Positions 54,501 to 64,000 of a stretch of 64,000 nucleotides of DNA are shown piece after piece. The stretch comes from Balanoglossus misakiensis (Eukaryota; Animalia; Hemichordata). The notes under the pieces are model-generated. The model did not search any database. It was not told the DNA's origin and worked only from the letters and a program-made list of their open reading frames with translations. The stretch's first letter is position 1. Each line of letters starts with the position of its first letter. The DNA lies in assembly GCA_040954595.2 (NCBI GenBank), contig CM082596.2:5406791-5470790 (forward strand), in the 5' to 3' direction. Made by a program: the position numbers and the translations under genes.

Positions 54501-57500
54501 AAAAAAAACATAATAAATATCAGATGCCGGTATGTTAAAGGTATAATCTTCCTTGATATGAATACATGGGACCGTGATTGGCTAGAAATCAGATTTCCAT
54601 GGTAACTGATGTGACTATGTTTGAATGATTGGGTGAACCTGTATCTTTACAATGCATCAAAGATTAATTGTTATGACCAGATGCAAGAAAATTGAAAATA
54701 CACGTAAGCTGACAAAAATACTTACACCATTTCCGTAACTCTGTGATACTTAGCCTCATCATGCATTACAACAAGTCTTCCCTGGTGTGTATTCTCACAT
54801 TCACTTTTAGCCTCTCCGTAATCCAAGCTTGTTTGAGTCTCAAAATACAAACATGACTCTCCGAAAGCAAACCAGCCTATGGGGCAGCTGGGGATTATGT
54901 CTGAAAAAGAGCAGACGAGACCTGTCACCAATGCACGTTTCTGTACTTATGGCAGAAAATTGACTGATATTACTTGTGATACAACAGAATTTAGTGCTGA
55001 ATCAAGTAAAGAAGTAAATTTTATGTGTTGATCATGACAAACAATTCAAAGATTTAGCAACTATATAGCTCATTGCTATGGTCCTGTGTTTTCTCGTGGA
55101 AAAATACTAACAGTAATGATAAATGAAAATCTTTACACACTCACCAGGAGATCTTTGACATAGGAAGCTATCTGTGTTATCACATGGCTTACTTTCCCAT
55201 TGACAGTTGCTTGACCCAACTTCCAGAACCACGCAGTTGTCATTACTGTTGGGATGATTACTTTTCCAATTGTTTTTCATGCTTTGGGTCAGTGGTGTTT
55301 CAATTTCATCGTCCCAGTAGAAAGGCGCACCGGGTGCTTCCCTTTTTAAGCCAATCCAGTACTTTCCATTATTTACCTGTCGACTGAAGAACAAACACCT
55401 GACAATTAAACCAATTGGCCAATGAGCAAGAAACAGTCCACAAACAAACATGATGCCATTTTCATAATCATTTCGTGCCTTCGTGTTAACCACATGTATT
55501 AGAACACAACGAATTGGTATTAAAGTAGGGAACTAACCCAGATGCAGTTTACGGTTTAATATCACACTCCATATTGTCATTTTCTCAAAATTGCACAGAT
55601 TTGTGCCAAAATCGATTATTTATGAAATGATGTAAAGAAAAAGTCACAATGCTTGACTATTTCCTACATCAGTTAATAATTTTAGACAGAGCTGTTCGAA
55701 TATTTTCACCAAGGGAAATGTATAGCCAGAGAAGTGGAAGAGAATTGTTGACTCAGCATTTTCCACAAAATTTTACACCAAAAACAGCCTGTTTCTCTTT
55801 ATTTTTACATTGTACGTCATAATTTCGGTTTTCAAACTCTGTATTTTCAACAGTGAACACGTACAATGTACTAGTGTACAAACGTAACACCAACATGGAT
55901 CTCCTGTACTGAAATAATGTGCAATTAGTATACGGTGGAATGTCATGGGAATGATCGATACATACACGATATCGCACAATTCGGTGACATCCTGATTGTT
56001 TGCGGAATGGACAAGCAGTGCCTGTTTGCCCTGGCAGTATGTCCGGGCATGCTGGGCTGTCATGTCACGAGAAGTCTCCACTGAATAACAGATTGAGGCG
56101 TCCGCATTGGCGTGCCATCCGGAATCACAATTACCTGTGACACCTGTTGAAACAAATAGAATATCAAAAATAGAAATTGTCTTGTGAATCACCTAATCAT
56201 AGACCCGGGGCATAGAACAGTTTGTAATTTTTGTTTGCCTTTAAAGGCACGTAAGCTGCAACTGGATAAAAAATTAAAGTTTTAAATAATCTCATATATG
56301 CTTTTAATAATGTCTATTAAATGCTATTTCATGATAATATATCAAGCTCAACACTTATTTATGACAAAATGACCAAAAATTAAAGAAAAACGAAAATTCC
56401 TGCAATTTTAAAAAAAAGTGCAATATTGCAATGAAAAATGAAAATCTGATGTCTCAGTGGTGTACATTCACTTCCATGAGCTCAAGTGGATGAGATCATG
56501 TTTTGTTTATGAAGTTTCACAACCGGAAATGCGACATTTTCATTGTTTCTTGCATTTTCCCATGGTGGCGGCCATAATCGCTTGCGGCAAAGCTTTATTA
56601 TTTATCTGCTTAAAACTTGCATATGCACTCATATTTAGGGTTTATAGTGCTTGTGTATTGTTCACTGCCTTCATCTGCATGGACTAATGGTAGTGCTGTT
56701 TGAAACAAAAATTATGAAAATTATCCCAAAAGTTACAGCTTACGTGCCTTTAACATACATGCATCTTCCAGTTCCAGATGTATTCAATATTCTTTGGGCA
56801 TACTGTAAAACGGGTTATTTTCGCGAGCAATAAATTTTTCATGAAATACGCGAGAGCCAAAAAAACGTGTATATAAAAAGTCACATAAAATGTTTTTCGG
56901 GATCGGAGATAACGATGCAGTTGGTGAAAGATGAGAACGCGAAAATTAATCCTCGCGTAACAGTTGCCTTTTTTGATATCGCGAAAATAACCCATTTTAC
57001 ATTGAACCATAGCATTAGCCAATCATGAAAAAATTGGCAAAACTGTTCTGTGTGAGGTTTTATGGATATCTAATCATCAGTTTGTTTGTAAATTAGAGTT
57101 TGACAGCACTCTATAATCAACTAATTGGTGTTGTTAATTATAAGCATGAGCTTTCGAAGAAGCTTATTAGTGGGAAGGTTCAACTTGAAGCATTTTAATC
57201 AAGTAAACATTAGAATCAACTTTGATGATTAACCAGCTGCCACGTAAATATTTAATGCTGAAGTAAAAATCCACTGACGCACAAAAAAGTGGAGCTATGG
57301 TAACGAAAGTTTCACGCTCTCATCCCCAGGGACACCATGCACAGCCCATCTCATCATGTCTATCTCTAGAAATTAAAAACTCCAGTGTCAGCTAGGCGAT
57401 TTGTATAAAAGTTTAATTGATTTTAAACCATGGTGGCCTTCAGTGACATCTCCCAGGAAATATGACATGACTAAGAAAAAGCAGCTAATTTAACTGTTTC

Positions 57501-58433
57501 ACGTAGATACACTGTGTAGATAAATTGGCCCACAGAACTTTTGGAGTTTTTTTTCCATGATTTGCATTCAAAGGAAAGTACCTTATGTATAAAATGTGTT
57601 TATCGAGAGGCGAATATAAGCTGGATATCAAACATTGATTGGAAACAATTATTGAAGAAATAATTAATTGGTTCACTTTCAACCACAGTATGGCCTCCAC
57701 CAACAACACTATGCAAGCAAAATGTCAGGAGTAAACCGTCGCTCATTTTTCCATCCACTGCATCTTGGCTGTACGTGATGAAAGTTGAAACCCCAGGTGA
57801 AGCACCCATCAACGCGTTGTCGAATTCCACTGGTTTCAGTCCTGACGTTCTGCGCGATTTGCGCCGTTTCCATCCCATTTTATCTTCCCTAGAATCATTT
57901 CTGGCACCTTTTTTGTCGCTCAGTTCTTTGGATGTGTGCACTTTTTCAAGTTCTCTCATGGTTTTTTCGAAGGTCTATGATGTCTGTGACTGTATAAATG
58001 ATACTTGTGGACTATAATGCATGATTGAGTTCCCCTATATTTAGGCTTTGAGAAAATATACATGTACCTTTGGGGGAGTACGACATCGGTAATTGACAGA
58101 AAAAACACAAAATGTCTGTTTTATACTGTCATATCCTGAAAAAGAGAACAAATATCCAAGGATGGGGTCTGTATTTTCTTCTTTAGAAGAGTCTGTGTGT
58201 CGTGGCTGCTGTTACAGTTTTTACTTTTACCTGTCATGGCCCAAATGAAATGTCAGAAGTAATTATGGAGACAAAATGACATGCATTCTCCTCACCAGGG
58301 CTTTTTAAAACTCATAACTCATAAAATCACATACAAACTCACCATCCGCGTGCAGGTAGATGGTGACCAGCGCCAGAAACGCAATCATTTTCGACGAGCG
58401 TCGAATCCTCGCTTTTGCCGTCCCGCACATCAT
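41853..58433 (-). CDS. Adhesion GPCR (signal peptide, CTL x2, Thr-rich stalk, Sushi/CCP, EGF-Ca, HRM, GAIN/GPS, 7TM), about 1203 aa, 28 exons
   Basis: Minus-strand exons 58433-58343, 56143-55966, 55383-55145, 54900-54726, 54481-54279, 53766-53509, 53121-52936, 52579-52388, 51978-51868, 51441-51347, 51072-50887, 49931-49863, 49542-49434, 49162-49037, 48816-48744, 48414-48264, 48131-48082, 47881-47767, 47420-47323, 47071-46972, 44055-43928, 43722-43624, 43505-43436, 43227-43142, 42840-42714, 42543-42502, 42369-42157, 41894-41853; phases match, total 3612 nt. Motifs: YWIGL (CTL), DVDEC...CVNTPGSYWCSC (EGF-Ca), GINWQRT...PCP...RKC...GTW (HRM), IYGGDL and VNTEVLSVSL (GAIN), WKTDGC...CKCDHL/TNFAVVM (GPS), CGTISFLWHLAL...VWML (TM3), GWAVP (TM4). 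Exon 6 boundaries are the least certain. Confidence 0.88.
46247..46556. mobile_element. Fold-back element with nested inverted repeats
   Basis: Outer IR ATCTGATTAAAATCAGATGTAGxGTTxGGCGC (30/32 match) and inner perfect 23-bp IR CTACATCTGAACCTATGCCATAG / CTATGGCATAGGTTCAGATGTAG. Confidence 0.75.
51535..51642. repeat. (CTGT)n/(CT)n/(CA)n compound microsatellite
   Basis: Directly visible. Confidence 0.9.
56245..56749. mobile_element. TTAA-flanked non-autonomous DNA transposon (Kolobok-like termini)
   Basis: TTAA|AGGCACGTAAGCTG ... CAGCTTACGTGCCT|TTAA: 14-bp perfect TIR with TTAA on both sides. Confidence 0.8.
56803..57002. mobile_element. MITE with CTGTAAAA..GGTTATTTTCGCGA termini
   Basis: Left TA|CTGTAAAACGGGTTATTTTCGCGA, right TCGCGAAAATAACCCATTTTACA; a second left end occurs at about 32150-32197. 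Confidence 0.75.
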
Positions 58434-58746
58434 GGACCAGAACTGTCACTGTGTGTCACATAGCTGTGTCTCCACGTAGGGATAATTAATATCTGTTTGT
58501 TACCATAACAACTGACATTAATTTTGTTGTTGCTATGTAATTATCCCGTTTTTATTCAGCACTACAAGATTAGGTATTCAGACAGGCAAATTAAGGTGAA
58601 ACTTAGCTGAAAAAGAACTATGCTTGCAATTATATGTGCCTTGAATTGAAGCTTGAGGCATTAATAATCAAGTGTGTTCTAAATGTGCTGGTTGTAAGGG
58701 AATTGTTGGAGAATGTGAGTTGTATGACAGTGTGAGCCCCTGTGAG

Positions 58747-58833
<87 letters not shown>
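58747..58833. repeat. (TATC)n microsatellite
   Basis: About 21 perfect TATC units, followed by degenerate TGTC/TATC units. Confidence 0.97.
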
Positions 58834-59700
58834 ATGTATCTATCCATCTTTCTGTTTGTCTGTCTGTAGTGTCTGTCTGTCTGTCTATATACCATACATG
58901 TCCATTCTTTTGTGTATACCATATAGCTATGTGTACGGTATCTATCTTTTCAGGCTCATCTTTTGGTATTGCTATGTATTTCTGCCTGTCCATCTCAATC
59001 TGTCAGTCTATCTATCTATCTGGGATGTGCGAAATTGAAACGATGTGCAGTGTTTATCACACACAAGGTTCATTTTCAATGTGACGTTTTAATTTTTCTG
59101 CTAACAATTAGTTTATTCTAATCCGTGTAGGTATGTATTGACAGCACTAATAAAAACACGCACCATTATGGTAGTGAGATGATCCAAGAACCAAATTAAT
59201 TAGTAGAGTAATTAGGGTTCATGTTTTCTTTCATCTCTTATTCTGGAGAATATGTTGTTGAAAAGAAATTTATAAACTACGCTGTAAAATACTAATGAAA
59301 TTCTTCAGAATATTAGCACCTATTAAAATTTACGAGGAGAAATTGGTTAAATTCTCTAGGGCTGTGAGAAATTTATTCATGACAGTTTTAATATTCATGC
59401 TTCATTCTAGCCGTAACTTTTTTGCTGTTATTCCCCCAGAATTTTATTAATTTGTGTCCCAAGTAATATATTATTCATATTTGGGTATTTTTGAGAAATT
59501 GTCCCATATGAACAACATTATGATCATTGCAAATAACTCTTAATCATGCAAGGCAATTAGTTAACAGTGGAAGAACTTTGTCTGTGGGTGGATGGATGGA
59601 CAGAGACACACACATACAAGCGTCATGATCTAGCCACCATGTATGCACCCTAAATGCTACCGTATATAACATTATACAGCCTTAATTTGTGACTTTCGGA

Positions 59701-60948
59701 CTAAAGCTCGACAGTTTGAGTTTGAGTGGCAGAGCGATTTCCTCTCGGCTTGATGCAACAAAAGATCACTAGTAAAGCTACCGTCAGGGTTATAACGAAT
59801 GCCACGACGACAGAAACGACGACTGCTACAATGAGGATATTCTTCACGGCGCCGATATTATCCCCGTTGGCGTCATCCAATTCGTGTTCTGCACTTGCAT
59901 TCTTGTTCAGATCGCTTTCCTCCAGAGTCCAAAAGTAGCGGCCTCTCAGCTCGGGCGGTTCTCGACACTGGAGACCGGCCTCGAGGAACAGGGGGTGACG
60001 TGGCCAGACTTGGCGCAGTTCCCACAAGTGCCGGTCACACACCCAGGGGTTCTCATAGGCTATCACCATCGTCTGGTCTTGCCCTATGACGCCGGTGTCA
60101 CGGCCGAGCAAAGTGGCCGTTTCAACGTCGATACGCGACAGCTGGTTGTTGTTAACTTCCAACCAGATTAACTCGCTTCCGGTACCAGTGGTGGTATTGG
60201 TGGTGCAAACCCGAGAAGCTGTGAGTTCGCGAATGGCATTGAACGGCAGAGAAAGTGTGTCAAGTGAACAGACTGCTGACAAGTCAGGCATTTCCACAAG
60301 ACGGTTGTGGGCTACAGACAATGTGTCCAACTGGTTGAATATATCAAAGAACCAAGGCGGGAATTCGACTATTAAATTGTGGCTTAAATCTAACATCCTC
60401 AGTCCCAGGAACATGAAGTATGGCTTTGATGGACCTTCCAGGCCATGACTAACGTTTTCAATTTTGTTGAATGAGAGTGTCAGAGAGTCCAAATATGAAC
60501 TTGGCGTGAAATGGCTCCGAAACGCATCTACAGAAAATGTTGTCAGCTTGTTATGCGATAAGTCTATTTCGTATAACTGGTTCAGCCCCCTGAAAGCATT
60601 ATCTTGTATTTCAGATATGGCATTATGAGACAAATCCAGTGTTCTCCTAGTATTTTTCAGGCTAACCAAGCCATCTTTATACAGAGTGGTTATCCTGTTG
60701 TAAGCAAATGAGGCGACCGACATACTTCGCTGATAAGTCAAATGTTCATCTTCTGCAAGTACGGGGACCTCTGGAGGAATAGACTCAAATCCTCTTCCCC
60801 GGCAGTCTAAGATAAATCTATATAAATTTTCTTCGGGGTCCTCGAAACAGTCGCATCCAGTCACACAACGTGCGTCCGTTGAATGCATCACAATTGCTAC
60901 CAGGAGCAACGTTAGTATAAGTTCTGCGCGAAACCACATTGTGGTCAT
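59701..60948 (-). CDS. Single-pass leucine-rich-repeat membrane protein (signal peptide, LRRNT, LRRs, LRRCT, TM, short tail), 415 aa, single coding exon
   Basis: ORF with hydrophobic signal (LILTLLLVAIVMHSTDA), CVTGCDC...DCRGRG cap, repeated LDLSHN-type units, NPWVCD...LQCREPPELRG cap, TM ILIVAVVVSVVVAFVITLTVALLVIF. Acceptor tttttttttacag just upstream of the ATG implies a 5' UTR intron. Confidence 0.93.
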   Translation of the reverse strand: MTTMWFRAELILTLLLVAIVMHSTDARCVTGCDCFEDPEENLYRFILDCRGRGFESIPPEVPVLAEDEHLTYQRSMSVASFAYNRITTLYKDGLVSLKNTRRTLDLSHNAISEIQDNAFRGLNQLYEIDLSHNKLTTFSVDAFRSHFTPSSYLDSLTLSFNKIENVSHGLEGPSKPYFMFLGLRMLDLSHNLIVEFPPWFFDIFNQLDTLSVAHNRLVEMPDLSAVCSLDTLSLPFNAIRELTASRVCTTNTTTGTGSELIWLEVNNNQLSRIDVETATLLGRDTGVIGQDQTMVIAYENPWVCDRHLWELRQVWPRHPLFLEAGLQCREPPELRGRYFWTLEESDLNKNASAEHELDDANGDNIGAVKNILIVAVVVSVVVAFVITLTVALLVIFCCIKPRGNRSATQTQTVEL

Positions 60949-60972
60949 CTATTCAGTCTGTAAAAAAAAAAT

Positions 60973-61115
60973 ACCTGTGTTAGCGGCCATCTCTACCGTA
61001 TACTGGCCACTATGTTCCAGTCCCTGTGCAATTAACATACATGTGCATTAATTGACCTGCCTATAAGGCCACCTGTCTATAAAGGCCAGTTTAGGAAAGT
61101 CCCTTGACTGGCTAC
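60973..61115. mobile_element. MITE remnant, same family as 33247-33480
   Basis: Shares ACCTGTGTTAG(C/T)GGCCA...TGGCCACT...CAGTCCCTGTGCAATT...CTGTCTATAAAGGC with the ANKIB1 intron copy; ends ...GACAGGTTCGATTG|TA. Confidence 0.65.
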
Positions 61116-61664
61116 TATAGACAGGTTCGATTGTATATCAACACAGCACAGTTACTATCAATTACATGTACCGGTATGTGCTGTCAACATTATGTGTTGT
61201 TAAAATATATACAATGTAGCTCATGAAGGCAGGAGCGAATTCTCACTTTCTACCTCCATGGCTGGATCATATAGATATCCTGAATAACAAGTCTGGGCTC
61301 CTACATGTACCTCAATGATAAGAAGTTATCATAAACAAAAAATACAGTGGAGAAAAAATGAAGAGGATAAACAATCAAAAGCACACAAAATAATAGACAT
61401 ATAGATTGATAGATAGATTGATTGATTAATTAATTAATTTATAGACAGAGTAAAGTACTTTTTTTCTCAGCAAATTTCTCTTGTGGCCCCCATCAATTCT
61501 CCATACTGATGTTTCATTAAGAGCCAGGCTTCTCAAATTACCCAGGGCCGACCTTCTAGTATTAGCTAAGGTCACACATGGTTGTGAGGCAACAGCAGAT
61601 TGTCGCGGTTATCTACACGATACATGCATCCAGCGGAAATCGCACATATCTGTAAGTGCAACTA

Positions 61665-61886
61665 CAGTGAAACCTGTCTATTAAGGACACCTCTGGGACC
61701 AGAAAATATGTCCTTAATAGAGAGATGTCCTTAATAGATAGGTAAATATTCTATTGAAACCATGACTTTTGTCTCATAAACTCTGTCCCTTAATAGATAG
61801 GTAATATTCTATTAAAACCATGACTTTTGACTCAAAAAATCTGTCCTGATTAGAAAGGTGCATGTCCATAATAACAAGTTTCACTG
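61665..61886. mobile_element. Non-autonomous Tc1/mariner (pogo/Tigger-like) MITE
   Basis: TA|CAGTGAAAC ... GTTTCACTG|TA termini with TA on both sides; internal GTCCTTAATAGA repeats. Confidence 0.8.
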
Positions 61887-62974
61887 TACCGTATTTCCGA
61901 GGGGAAATAGAAATCTATAGAGCTGTTGAAACTTTGATGTAGAAACTTTACACGGTGGTGAAGGTTATGTCAAATCTTGCTCACATAAAATCTATTGGAC
62001 ACTCCCTACATTCAACAGAGAGAATTTATATCTGAAGTATAACTTTTTCGTGATCATGCATTCAGCAAGCTAAAACATACCATACCTGTGCGTTCTGTCC
62101 GACACTTGGGTGCAATATTACTGTGTAACTTTGCTGTTGGTGCATCCGACTACATACACATTAGTTTTCCCAGTTGCAGCGAGCAGATGGGTGTATGTGC
62201 GTGTATGTTTGCCCTCGCTATAATGGTTTGGGAAGACCCGAACCAGGGCCTCTGCTGGCGATAAATAGGGGAGCTCGCCAGGGAACTAAAGGAGTCATAG
62301 TAATTGTAAACCTGCCATTTCTGGCAGGGACAGTGGGGATAGAATTAAGAAATGAGAAATCGGATCTCCAAGAGGATCATGTCTCTAGCGTCTGTCATTT
62401 GTCCACATGTGTTTCTTTTACAATTTTAAATTAATTTTAATAAACATACCGATCCAATAATGCATAATTCTGTTTACATCTCACATCATCATATCATCTC
62501 AATACTCACATGAGACATGTGCGTAATCAGTCTCTCATTATTGCCAGATGGAGATCTGAGTATTATTTTTATTACTTTATTTGAGCTAAGTCAAGAAGAC
62601 TTCTGTGCACTAGATCAAAGTTGACGTAAAAATGCAAAAGTCTGAAACCAGGGGAAAGTGACACCCGTGCCTCCTGTTTATATTAACAAGAGTATACATG
62701 ACTTAGTAACAGTAGTGAATGTTGTCACACGATTAAAAATTCATGTGTATTTATATCCAATCAGATCCCAGACAGAATTACATTTTTCCTGGCTAACTGA
62801 TAGCTTGAACCCTGGATGGCCTCTTGATGACATAAGCATGCAGCCAGACATGGTTGTTTTCCATATGCAGCTTCTCAGAGCCCTGGAGTCGAAAACAGCT
62901 AGGTCACAGTAGTTAACCTTCTGTATTTCTTTCGCATTCCAGATTTTGGCGTCCTTACTACGTTTGTACCAAAG

Positions 62975-64000
62975 ATGTCGCGGCTGTATGGTAGCATCGC
63001 ACTGTGGAAAGGGGCTGTTTTCTTGCTGGTGGAAACCGCAATCATTTTTGGCCCTGCACAAGGGCAGCGGTCTTCCAATCGAAGCTCTGAAGAGGTGCCT
63101 TGGATACAACCGGTTTATGATGGGAGCAGCTGCCCGGAGCCTTGTGCATGCTACTACCAGCGATCGCGATGGGCCATGCAAGATCCTCTGGTAGTAAACT
63201 GTAAAAGTCTTGGACTCAAGTCCATCCCATCCGAAATTCCTTCAGAAGCAGAAGTTTTGGACTTGTCCTATAATTATATCGAACATTTGCCAGCATACTC
63301 ATTCGGTTCAAAGTACGGCAATTTAAGACGTTTACAACTTGCATATAATCAGATCCGAGTAATTGAAGACGACGCGTTTCATGGTCTGGATAATTTGCGA
63401 GAGTTGGGGATGACAGGGAATGACATGGCTGAGTTTACTGCAGGAACATTTGACGGACTTCCACAGCTAATAAGATTGTACTGCTTTGATTGTGGCCGGG
63501 TTTCTGAGTTAGTCGATGGTATCTTCTCAAAGATAGGCAATTTGCAAACCTTGCTTTTCGGGAATTCTTCACTCTCCCACATCGGGGACGGCGTTCTCAG
63601 CGACGTGTCCAACTTGACGTACATCGATTTATCGAACAACCATTTGACAAGGCTGCCGGATCTGAGCAAACTGAATCGACTGCGGCACTTGCGGTTTGCC
63701 GGGAACCGGCTGGAGGCTCTGCATTTGACGAGCGTCTCGCCAGGTTTATTAGAGAGATCTTCACCGGGAGATGTCGGGCTAGACGTTAGTAACAACAGGC
63801 TGACCTCGGTGACTGCCGACACCGTGGAGTTTCTCGCTTCTCTGCAGGTGGGCGTGCAGGTGTCCCTGAAATTGTCCGACAACCCCTGGACATGCGACTG
63901 TGGCATGCAGCACGTGGTGTCCACGTGGCCGACCCTCCCCTGGGTGCTGAAGGAACAAATCACCTGCGCGTTGCCTCCGCAGTTAGCCAACACAAGTCTG
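62975..64000 (+). CDS. Leucine-rich-repeat secreted or surface protein, 5' part (runs off the window, so absent from the ORF track)
   Basis: Open frame from ATG 62975: MSRLYGSIALWKGAVFLLVETAIIFGPAQG...CPEPCAC...VNCKSLGLKSIPSEIP...VLDLSYNYI...LRRLQLAYNQIRVIEDDAFHGLDNLREL...IDLSNNHL...LSDNPWTCDC...ITCALPPQL. Acceptor ttcgcattccag ends at 62942. Confidence 0.92.
   Translation, partial: MSRLYGSIALWKGAVFLLVETAIIFGPAQGQRSSNRSSEEVPWIQPVYDGSSCPEPCACYYQRSRWAMQDPLVVNCKSLGLKSIPSEIPSEAEVLDLSYNYIEHLPAYSFGSKYGNLRRLQLAYNQIRVIEDDAFHGLDNLRELGMTGNDMAEFTAGTFDGLPQLIRLYCFDCGRVSELVDGIFSKIGNLQTLLFGNSSLSHIGDGVLSDVSNLTYIDLSNNHLTRLPDLSKLNRLRHLRFAGNRLEALHLTSVSPGLLERSSPGDVGLDVSNNRLTSVTADTVEFLASLQVGVQVSLKLSDNPWTCDCGMQHVVSTWPTLPWVLKEQITCALPPQLANTSL

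Noticed and set aside
57600-57959. 119-aa minus-strand ORF in GPCR intron 1 as a possible alternative first exon
   Set aside because: No recognisable domain or signal peptide, and no convincing phase-1 donor to join the 56143 exon.
58672-59084. ORFs with YLSI repeats
   Set aside because: Translation of the (TATC)n microsatellite.
63379-63993. 204-aa minus-strand ORF
   Set aside because: Antisense shadow of the + strand LRR gene.

Overview
AT-rich, intron-containing animal genomic DNA, probably a marine invertebrate (species cannot be fixed from sequence alone). Five protein-coding genes were reconstructed by hand from splice sites and reading-frame phase. (1) The 3' half of an ACAD11-type acyl-CoA dehydrogenase (+, 4-3290), with a tandemly duplicated 69-nt exon pair that looks mutually exclusive. 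(2) ANKIB1, an ankyrin-RBR E3 ligase (+, 22 coding exons, 10358-38551, about 1392 aa), with four UIM-like motifs and an extra Cys/His module. (3) A 28-exon adhesion GPCR (-, 58433-41853, about 1203 aa: signal peptide, 2 C-type lectin domains, Thr-rich stalk, Sushi, calcium-EGF, HRM, GAIN/GPS, divergent 7TM). (4, 5) Two head-to-head LRR genes with no introns in the visible CDS (-, 59701-60948; +, 62975 to window end). Introns carry several DNA-transposon-derived elements (TA- and TTAA-flanked). The most notable unexplained signals are the ACAD11 exon pair with a hairpin that could bury the splice sites of one exon, a window-wide excess of the palindrome TACATGTA (at least 37 copies against roughly 2 expected) that matches a Tc1-type excision footprint, and a tandem splice acceptor in the GPCR that creates a stop right after the lectin domains. 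All gene models are manual and have no transcript support; most entries in the supplied ORF track are intronic noise.
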